Shown here: piece by piece, positions 25,026 through 53,275 of the stretch
Layout of the letters: each line of letters opens with the position of its first letter
Position numbering within the stretch: the stretch's first letter is position 1
Assembly: GCA_030141605.1 (NCBI GenBank)
Contig: JAQGDQ010000079.1
Span: 558,001 to 622,000, forward strand
Direction of reading: 5' to 3'
Origin: Tubiluchus corallicola
Lineage: Eukaryota; Animalia; Priapulida
Length of the DNA stretch: 64,000 nt
Position numbers and translations under genes: made by a program
Notes under the pieces: model-generated
Databases searched by the model: none
What the model saw: only the letters and a program-made list of their open reading frames with translations
What the model was told of the DNA's origin: nothing

Positions 25026-25097
<72 letters not shown>
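24910..25097. repeat. Compound (TC)n(AC)n(GCAC)n then (GA)n microsatellites between the divergent thioesterase-like genes
   Basis: Directly visible. Confidence 0.95.
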
Positions 25098-26619
25098 AGT
25101 TTAATTCATTTAATTCATTTAAATGAAATGTCTGAGACAATGTCGATAGTTTCCAGCTGCATTCACCTTTGCAGCTTTTTGTAGACTCAAGTAAGTAATT
25201 CCGGTGTAATGTCAGGAGCGGGGCATTATTCTTTACGTAAGGTATTACAGCCTCTAACTGATTTGTTATCTAACCATACCCTTCAAAACAAAGCATTGAT
25301 TCTTGACCATATTTTCAAATGTAGCTAAACATAAAAGTTTGCTCTTCTAATATGGTCTTATGCAGAGTAGTAATTTGTATCCGTAGGCTAGCATTTACGG
25401 ATATTAAAATCTTTTTTGTAAACAATTTGTATATTAGTGAATTTAGATCTGATGTAAGTCAAATGAATCTCCCTGCTACAAATCAAAATGTCGTGGATAC
25501 ATGAATGTGTTTGACTCAACCCATTGGCATTGTAAATCCTTCGAATCATCTATAATTATTTTGTTCTGTGACTTGAAAAGACCTTTCCTTTGTTTATAGC
25601 ACAGATGTGTTGGTAACTTTAAGGTTTGTCATGAATGAAGTGCTGGGAAAAGTCAACATGCATCTGTGCTAAAGCTTTGACACGCTTTTGTGCATCGCAG
25701 TAAATCTTTTTATTTCTGCCTAAACATATGTTACTATTACGAGCTTACCTAAGAAAATGGAAACGAATCCAGATACGGATGTATATGTAGCTGTATCACG
25801 TCTATATTATTATGTCTTTTGGAAGCCTTCTGGTTCTGCACAGATAATTAAGGCTTATTAAAAGAGCAAACATCGCTACATTTGAAGAACCTGTTCAAGA
25901 CCCAATACTCGGTTTACCAACACCAGTAGGAAATGGTCAGATAGGACTGTAGCACCTCACTTGATGTCTAATTACTCGGGTCCTGGCGGAATTAGTTATT
26001 TGGACCCGCAAAAAGCTGCATGGTAAATGAGCCACAATTTTAAACACTCAGATAGCATCTATCGGAGACGGGCAGCTGGGCCATTTGTCTCGTCCTTAAC
26101 CGAAAATAATTCAAAATGTATTTTTATTCGTACTACACCGTAGTTGTTATTGTTTGCGTTTTTCTGTTGCCGGGTTCTATTACAATGTCATAGAGAAAAG
26201 TGTTTGCAAATCGGGTTAAACTTTTATTCTGGGACACTTCTGAAACTTTGAAAAGCAAACCCGTGAACTGTTTAATCTACTGTCACCATGTCGTTTTTCT
26301 TAGTAATTGTTTCACTTATTTCTTGCAAACCCATTCTTGCAAAACCCAACAGAAGTCGAATTTTCAAGACCTAATTTCCTTTTTTCGTAGCAGAACAATT
26401 TTCTATCTCTGTCCAACTTATTATCACTTTCTCGTAAAAAGCTCATCCTGCAATAGAGTACATTTTGTTTTTACTGTTTTATAGTTTTTTTTTATAGTTT
26501 TTCAATGATTTGAAAAGATCAGGTACTATGGTATTTTGTCTAAAAAACGGGTAAAGTAATTGTGAACGTAACTAAATGAAAAAAAACCATTTAAAGTAAT
26601 TTGCTTAAACATTGTTGTA

Positions 26620-27435
26620 ATGGGCTTTTCTGTACTAGGACTAGTTACCAGTGCTTTGAAATCCACTTCACTAAAAGGCATGGCAAACAAACTAATGTCT
26701 GCTTCGAATGGAATTCGTTGTCTCCTTATTCCACAAATTAAACCTACAGCGACGGCTTCTCTCATCTTCTTGCACGGGTCTGGAGACACCGGAGAAGGAA
26801 TAAGGAAAACCGTCAGTGCCTTAGTAGGACAGGAAGTGGTGTTCCCTCATATCAGAGTCCTCTTTCCAACTGCACCACTGAGACCTTACGCGGCCCATGA
26901 CGGTAGGCTCAACACGGTTTGGTTCGACAGGAAAGATTTGCACCCAGGGGTGCCAGAAGATCTGAAAAGTGTAGATGAATCATGTGAACTTCTCTGCGAA
27001 CTGATTGACAGTGAAATTCGAGAAGGGATTCCCGAGAAGAGAATCATCATCGGCGGTTTTGCGATGGGTGGCGCCATGGCGATGCATATGGCGTACAGGC
27101 ACTATCCCAGAATGCCTGGCGTGTTTGCGCTTTCTACGTTTCTCAATGATAATTCGAAAGTTTATGAAGCTTCAGTTAAGAATAAAAAGAACCCGGCTTT
27201 GTTTATGGCTCACGGACAAAATGATGATGTCATTCCACAAAGCTGGGCTGTACAAACGAACGAAAAATTTAAGGAATTGGGTGTTTGGTCAGAATTTTTT
27301 AGTTACCCAGGTGTTGGACACGCTATGCAAAAGGAAAACTTGAATTTTCTAAAAAACTGGATACTCCGGTCAAAATTGACAGAAATTCCCGATACGGCAG
27401 GAGTTTGGATGGAAGATATGGATACTTGGACATAA
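26620..27435 (+). CDS. Lysophospholipase-like 1 / acyl-protein thioesterase family alpha/beta hydrolase, paralog B; nucleophile Ser replaced by Ala (271 aa, intronless CDS)
   Basis: Motifs ASLIFLHGSGDTGEG, FPTAPLRPY, VWFDR, GIPEKRIIIGGFAMGGAMAMH, GVFALSTFL, HGQNDDVI, GVGH. Alternative in-frame ATGs at 26680 and 26695. Confidence 0.9.
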   Translation: MGFSVLGLVTSALKSTSLKGMANKLMSASNGIRCLLIPQIKPTATASLIFLHGSGDTGEGIRKTVSALVGQEVVFPHIRVLFPTAPLRPYAAHDGRLNTVWFDRKDLHPGVPEDLKSVDESCELLCELIDSEIREGIPEKRIIIGGFAMGGAMAMHMAYRHYPRMPGVFALSTFLNDNSKVYEASVKNKKNPALFMAHGQNDDVIPQSWAVQTNEKFKELGVWSEFFSYPGVGHAMQKENLNFLKNWILRSKLTEIPDTAGVWMEDMDTWT

Positions 27436-27781
27436 GTGTGGCCAAATCCAATAGTTCCTAAGTACACATCATACTAAGTATAGGTTTATTACAGGCTTCG
27501 TAAGATAGTCCGGTACAGGAAACCATTTAAAGCTGAACTTCATCACATCCTTCAAAGATCAAGCGCTACGGAGATGTGTGCATCAGTCAAATGGGTTACC
27601 TGCTGTATGTGCTTCACAACACATTTTTATTCTCTGTTATAATCTAGCGTCAGCACACTTGCCCTAGTTATTAAGTACACTTACTATTTATGATCTTAAT
27701 TTCACTATTATATTACCGATGGGACGGCCCATAATTAAGGAAACTTTTTAAACCGAATGACATGAAAAGACAGGAAGTGTG

Positions 27782-27850
27782 AAAAAGTCGGGACACCGCC
27801 TGGATTTGAACCAAAACCTTCGGCTTGAGCATACCGTGTTCCCATCGATT
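27782..27850 (-). mobile_element. tRNA-derived SINE head remnant
   Basis: Minus strand reads ...GGTTCAAATCCAGGCGGTGTCCCGACTTTTTC with a pol III B-box-like GGTTCAAATCC; no intact cloverleaf seen. Confidence 0.4.
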
Positions 27851-30496
27851 ATGACAGATTTTTTTAATTTAAGCATTTCCTAGCGTCTTGGTTCAGCATT
27901 TCCTACGTCAGTTCATTCACATTATGTGATACTAAAACAAATATACGTATTTATATGCCATCACAAATTTATCCAGATAATTATTATCCAATACAATTTA
28001 ACTTATTATTAACAAAAATGATAAAATTTGGATAAATTGTGTAATTTCTGATACGAGTTTTCCACTGTAAAGGTAGTGTGTGAAACTATTTCATCAGATT
28101 TTTGTTATATTTTAATCTAAATTATGCGATGTGTTTCACGGCAAATGAATTCGAATTCAGTTCGTTTATCCATCTGTAACCGAGGCCGGGTTCAGATTAA
28201 ATACTAAGCGTGTGGAACAGTGATAATGTAACCCTGAACTATACAAACGCATGACGACTTTTTTCTGCTTTCATGTTCAAAAGAGTGACTAGAAAAAGAA
28301 AAAAACAGAGAATCAGTCTGGTGATTAAAGTAATAATAGCCAAAGCATGTGGAATGTATTAAAAACCAGTTTCGTCTTTCATCGCACAAACATTGAAATC
28401 GGATTGTTGTCTTTGGTCGACTTAGAGACAGTTTAGCCGTTTGTTTATATTTTAAGCGGCTTATTTGGTGAATTCAGCGGTAATATGGCTGGTCGACGGG
28501 GACGGTAATATAAGTTTAATTCTGGCTATCATCAGGCGTATTAACAACAAGCGGTTTACAGATTGTCAATCATTTTATTTGATTTATTATGCCGACGCCC
28601 ATAAAAACGTAATAACAATATTTGCGTTGATCCAAAGCAAAACCAGAAGATTTTGAAAAAGTCATGCGTAGTAGGAACAATTCATACATCATTGGTATAC
28701 GTGAAGTATGGAAATTTCTTTTGTTCCTTTATTTTATATATTTGGAGGAATATGTCAGTCAATGATGCACTCCAAAAAGACTTGCATATTTCCAAAATGT
28801 CGTACCTATATACATATATAATTATTGTTTTTCCTTAATTGTGGTTTGTTGTTACCAAGTTTAAAGGTGGGGCTTAAAATGTCATCAATAAGTGCTATAG
28901 TGATAGTCGCATTAATGTTTACAGCTTGCATTGTGTTGTACTGTATTGTATTTTGTAATAAAATTGCTACTAACACTAAATAGTTGTAACGGAACCGCAG
29001 CCTAGCTAGCTACCAAAGATCTTTTAAAATGTGACACTGTGAATGGGAGTAAGCATTTTAATAATAAAGAAGAGAAAAACGCTTCATAAACTACTTTGTT
29101 ATTTTAGTACAGTCTAAAGACCTATTGTCCGATATTAGCCACGTAACTAGCTGGTCTTACAAACCGCCCAAAAGCAGATTTGTCTCCATTTACTAACTAA
29201 CCTAGTGCTGCCTAACTTTTATGGTTAACTACGTATTGTAACTACTCGGTTTTGTTTTTCTTCCAGAGAGAAATGCTGTTGTGCGAAGTAAGCCTAGTGT
29301 TCACTTAACCGGGAGAACATGATAATGAGTGTAACAGTTGCAAAACAATCGTAGTCATATGACTAGAGTTAATTATACAAAGCTGAAAATCGCCTTCCAA
29401 TTTAGTGTCTCATCTCAGATATTGTCTGTGGTGTTAAGCAGAGTCCCGGTCATGCCACAAGCATTCAACATTAGTTAGTAGGCCATGCCATTGGATGTTG
29501 GATTTTGGCTTACGGCTTGCCAAACAATATAACAAAAAAATCTTGATATTATCCATTTATATGAAAAACTTACATGCATTCACGTATACATTTACATTTG
29601 CATACAAAGAATGTATGTTTTGAAAGCATCTGATGTGATGAGTAAATACGTCAAGTACAAACAATTGTGGAGTTCTGATTTCAAATATTCAGTTAAAACA
29701 CTAAATACGTGCACGTGTTCATACAAAACAGGCTGTATGATTTTACAGTGGGGGATTTGAACGTAGTGGTAACTACTAGTTTTTGACAACTATTGATCGG
29801 ACAGAACGCTGGTCCGGTTCCTCCAGTCTTGTTATTACCCCTTGAAACCATACAGTAGGTTAAACGGTTATACCAAAGGGCGGGAATGAGGGGACAGGAA
29901 GCAACACACACGCCCTTCAATCAATCCAGTATTGCAGTAACATTTACAGAAGAAAAGGAACCCCTTTACAGACTGCACTTGAAAAAGAAGTAAATTAAAG
30001 TTATTTAACACCATGGAATGCGCTATGCGTTACAACAATTAGTAGCAATGCTGGAATAAGGATGGAATGGTGGTTTGGCTTCATTTCCATGTTTCCAAGA
30101 TTTTTTGAGACACATCAGAAACAGACCGTAGACTAAATAAAATTGTAAGTAGTTGCACATTTAAAAGGTTATTTTATTGAGTGTAAAGTGTAAAGTGTAA
30201 GTGGTAAGTGGTAAGTGCCGAGACGCATCAGGACGTGAGGAAATAGCGTCACTGGCATCAAAATAGATTGCACAATGACTAAAGTCACTGAAATTAGCGT
30301 CAGAAGTTGCGTTAAGCGTAAAAACGTTTCAACTTAGAAACACTTTCAAGATGAATACTTCTGTTAAACTTTGGTTACTTAATCAGTTAATCTAATAAAA
30401 GATAAAAGTAAATTTAATCCAATTTAAGGATTTACGCTATAATTGTGTGTTAAAAAATTCATTTATAGCATTTCTCTTAATCAATTGCCCACTCAA

Positions 30497-30552
30497 GTAA
30501 TAATAATAGTAATTATTATTATTATTATTAATGATAATAATAACGATTAATA

Positions 30553-30626
<74 letters not shown>
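30497..30626. repeat. (TAA)n microsatellite
   Basis: Directly visible. Confidence 0.95.
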
Positions 30627-31113
30627 TCTCCTTCTCCCTCTCATTCTCCTATCCTCTTTCCGTATAGTCCCCCACTTCTTTCTTGCAGTCTAAATTAGCT
30701 AGTTGCCTATCATTTGTTGTAATTTGTAATGTTTGTATTTTTCATGTAAGCCTGCATCACTAAAGAGACTAATTTATATAATGAAAATTGCATAATAATA
30801 AATTGTTTACTTAAAAAATAGCGCGGTGCTCTTGTCAGCACTGTAAATTGCTGTGAATTTTTCGATACAATTTATTTTTTGTTTCGTTGATCGTACCTAG
30901 TACCTTACGCATGTGCTATATGTATATGCTATAAAATTATGATACGTACAAATTTTAGGGCCTACCAAAATAGAAATCGTAAAATAAATAATTAAATAAT
31001 TTTATTGCAATTGTGATTAATAATTAACATGACTGTACAATTACAAGACTAGATTAGAATAATGTGCTACAGTTGAAGATCATTAGATTAGGCGATTATA
31101 AAAGCAGGCGAGT

Positions 31114-48985
<17,872 letters not shown>

Positions 48986-51212
48986 TTAATAACAATAACA
49001 GTATCAGTGCCATAGTGTTTGATAACCCACTAAATAACAAATTTTATAACAGTCTTATTAAAAAAATCAAGAAGCTCTGCCAGTATGCAATGGAAACGTT
49101 GACTGTTAAATAAAAATGTTATAAAATCTGTTATATTGTGTCCTGTTACAAAACTAATCATTTATATTAGTCTTGATCAAATTTCTTTTGTTAAACTTCT
49201 GCTTGCTCACTTTCTGCTGATAACATTAGTGTTGTGAAAGAGAAAGCAGGGTGAAAGCGTTATAAAGGCTTTTTATTAGACAAAAGAAAGGTTAATTGGA
49301 TTAAAGTGGAATGGGTTCATTTAAAAACGCTGACGAGTTGACATTGGCTCATATCGAACTCATATAGGTTATAAACGTGTTTTGTGTTACTCACCTTCAA
49401 CTTGTTACAACTGTAAGTTACTATCTCTAAAATCGACCAAAATTGGTTAACGAAAGTAACAAAATCAGATGCAGATGCTTTTGAAGCGCAGAAATAAAAA
49501 ATTGAGTCGACTGTAGTGCGAAACAAAGTAAAGTATATTGATCAATTTACACTAGCACCAAAACTTCAGATAAGTTATTTGTCATCGTATTCCCCCTACG
49601 TGAACACGGATACAGAGTGAAATCCGAATCACGTCGACTCGCAAATCCGGATACGCATAATCACAAGTAGGCACCCGGCGCAATAAGTAGCCTTATAAAT
49701 AATTTTAGCAGTGCTAATCGTAATTGAGAGACACTTTCACAGAGAGATACCAGACAAAGAGCGTAGGCACGTTAAATTCGTTAAAATGCCACAAAAGAAG
49801 TGTAAATTGGGGTTCACTTTCTCAGAGGAAGCAACAGCTGGTGACTAGTAGTTCAGTGAGCTGACGCACAGAGAAAGAAGCGCCAGTGAAGAGCTAAAGA
49901 GAGAACACTGGCCCAGAGCTTACTGCGTACTGGTAATAGAAAGCAGCGTCTCGCAAACAAGTGAAAAGTGCCGAGGAGAAAAATGTTCAGCAAGCAATAA
50001 TAAAAACTAGATTTTTATTATTTATTTTTCTATAGTAAGCGGACTTCATATATGAGTAGTTATTGAGTACATCATTTTTTTCATTACGTTGACATAAGAA
50101 TTTCTCTTACATTGCAGAGAGCGAAAATTTTGCAATTGTGAAAGTTCTTAGGATCATAAAGACTCAATTTTTCTAATTTTTTGTTAAATTTATATACGTG
50201 ACCAAGGACACTTAATTGTCTCGCCACTTAATAAATAAGTTGTGGTGATAGGTGAAGTATTAGTAGTTCGTAACGATCCCAATGGGTTTCGTATAATTAT
50301 GTGTGCCTCTGTTTCGCATTTTCAGAATTTACCAATTTTCAGAAATTTTGCATTTTTCGTAATATCACATTGACGTGTTTTTGCGCATGCGCTATTCGTG
50401 ACAATTGACTTTGTATTTGGTCACAATGATAGGCAGCAAATATCCAAGTGTAAGCGTAATTAAGATTTCAGCCACGTCTCGCCTAAACAGCATATTCGGC
50501 TTAGTAACCTAGTGCAGGGAAACATATATATATATATATATATATAGATATATATATGCTCAATAATTTTCACGCATGTTGTAATCTACCTCATTTACTG
50601 AGCCTTTTCATGTTTAGGTTGTTTGTGCAGTTCAACGTCTTTAAAAGTATCCATGTGTGGTGGGGTAATTTCTAAGTCGGGCACGTGAAAGTTATGCAAA
50701 AATTACTTTACCAAGCAAAAACATTATGTGGAATGGTATAACTAAAACAACAGCATGCATAGCAGTTTTTTTCTTTACTTGCTTCAACGTCATCCTAATG
50801 TTTGTCTTGAACCAAATGCCGCCTTTTAGTAAAAAAGGTAAGTAACAACAACGTGTAAATAGCGAAATGAATAATCGAGTGGTCACTATATTTGTTTCAT
50901 GCCCAATGTTAAGTAATCCCAAGGCTGATCTGTGAATGGATGGGTGAAAACCGGGTTCAGTAACGGATTCTGTGCAGTTTCACTTACCATCTTGATTCTG
51001 GTTGTTTCCTTCGTTGAGGAAGGAAGATAATATTTCATGAATATAGACGACACACCTCTGCCAGTTTTATTTCTCATCTTAGATGATTAACGTTGATAAT
51101 GAGTAACAGTCCTGTCATAAATTTCATTATTAGTTAAAGTCTTTCTTTTAATTGACTCTTATGGTTTCATTTACAAATATTTGTGACGTTCGTTTCAGGG
51201 AATTTAAACGAC

Positions 51213-52444
51213 ATGAACAACTTTATATTTGTTTTGCTCATTTTTATCGTGGTAGTTAATTTACAATGTAGTAGTTTTGTTGTTTAAACTGACTATAGCT
51301 GCAGAAACAAAAGAAATTACTGATAGTTAACGCAAGTTTTATAAAAACATTTTTCAGTTTTATTGAGGTTTATTTCTTGATATACAATTATAAGTTTTTG
51401 TTTCTACTCATATACTTTTTCACAGGACCTACAAAATGGACACAACTTCGACGGCTTGAAGAACATTTATCTGAATTCATCAATTGCAACCACAGTAACA
51501 TGCATTCTGGGAAACAGCAAATTACCAAGTGTAAGAATCTTGCTGCGACGCCTAACAGCAATGTTGAGTTCCTTATGACAGACATTGGAGAAGAAAACGA
51601 GCAAAGATTATCTCTCATTCATAATTACTGCAACCTATCAGAGAATACTAAAGAGTGGAAAAGGGATTCCCACAAAGGTTCCAATTCCCACTACTGGAGC
51701 TTATTTTTTGACTACCGACACAAGCTTGCCTACTGCATGATACCAAAATCAGCATCCAGCAATTGGAGGCGGGTCCTTCTGGCATTAATAATGGCTGAAG
51801 AAACGCAAGAAAACAGGACAGTAGCAGACATTTTGTCAGGCCTAAACTATGCTGAAATACATAAAGCTGATATGAAAGGAATATTACCATCGTATGCGCG
51901 TGCACTGCGGCAGAGACGGCATTCGAAACGAGAAAGACCCAGTTTGAATGGATTTTTTAACTTCACATTCGTCCGCCATCCATTCGAGCGACTTGTTTCA
52001 GCGTATCGAAACAAATTGGCACCAAACGCTGCCGGAAAAACACCGTACTTTAAATTTCAAGCCAAACGAATGAGCCCAAACAACAATAGCACCAACTTGA
52101 CATTCAATGAATTTATAAAGTATATTATTAATAATAACCATATGTCTGATAAATTTGATCGCCACTGGGGAAAGTATGTCAACATCTGCAACCCCTGTGT
52201 CACGAAATTTCAATTTATAGGAAAATATGATAACATAGAGAAAGAGTCCGAATATCTTTTGCGTAAACTGGGATTGCATAAACTTTCTTTTCCTGGTGGA
52301 GAACATGGCCACTCAAAACCTGACAATTTGATGCGTGAGTACTATTCAGACATTGACGACAACACTGTGAAAAAACTTTATGATGTATACCAAGATGATT
52401 TCCTCGTGTATAATTTTACCTATTACCACCCGGGAAAAACTTAA
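51213..52444 (+). CDS. Golgi carbohydrate sulfotransferase (HNK-1ST/CHST8-14, Sulfotransfer_2 family)
   Basis: Main exon 51426-52444 follows tttttcacAG and carries 5'-PSB YCMIPKSASSNW, 3'-PB FVRHPFERLVSAYRNK, DRHW...CNPC...FIGKYD and Y..DF..Y. A probable signal-anchor exon 51213-51270 (MNNFIFVLLIFIVVVNLQC, phase 1, weak GTAGTT donor) joins in frame to give 358 aa; this 5' exon is less certain. Confidence 0.9.
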
Positions 52445-52977
52445 AGGTATCTGCAGTCAACGTTCAGACAATGCAATCAGATTGAGAATGATTCAGTATT
52501 AGTAACAAAACTCCTTTTATGAGCAACAATTTATATCAGTTCTACTGATAGATAGCTACCAGTCGTATTTTTGCCTTTTCGCGAAGCGCTTGTAGATTGT
52601 AAAAGAGGTCGAATCAGTTTCAGACATATTAACGAAGTGTACAATTTAACATTAATTTTAAACTTAAATGCGTTCATTGAGCATCATAACACGTGCTTTA
52701 CATTATTAATTATTAGTTGTAGCCTGAATAATTTATTAAATAATACATTACAGTTCAATATCCGGCTACAAGACACTATTTTTACACCGACAAAGTACAA
52801 TCCCATCAGCTAACATAAGTAAACAAGTTCGACTCGAACTATATTGGTCGAGGGACTCACAAACTCAAGACTGTGGATCACAAATCTGGATTCTAGATCC
52901 GTCAGTAGATGCGAAATTTGTTTTAGTATATTCGTTGGAAGATATAGGTTTCCTGGTTTTTTAGAAAGTGACGTGAA

Positions 52978-53275
52978 TGCTGCCATCGAGAATTCTGGAT
53001 GGTAAATCGAAAATCCAATTTCATCAATTGATGCAGAATTTATTCTGGTACGTTCCTATAAAGTTTCATGACTTTCCATTGCAAATGGTACGCATTGTGG
53101 AGCCGAAGACTTTTTCGAAAATAGCAGATCGAAAATCTGACTCAGAATTCAGTCTAGTGTGTTCCTATCAAGTTTCATAATAATTCATTCTGGTTTGGTG
53201 AATCTTAAGCTTTGTTCGAAAATGATGTTATTGCCGCCATCGTGAATTCAAGATGGTAGATCAAAATCCGACTCT
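52978..53275. mobile_element. Degenerate repeat with duplicated GCCATC..GATGG palindromic units, probably a non-autonomous DNA element remnant
   Basis: ctgccatcgagaattctggatggtaaatcgaaaatcc (~52980) recurs as ccgccatcgtgaattcaagatggtagatcaaaatcc (~53234); AAGTTTCAT also occurs twice in between. Confidence 0.4.
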
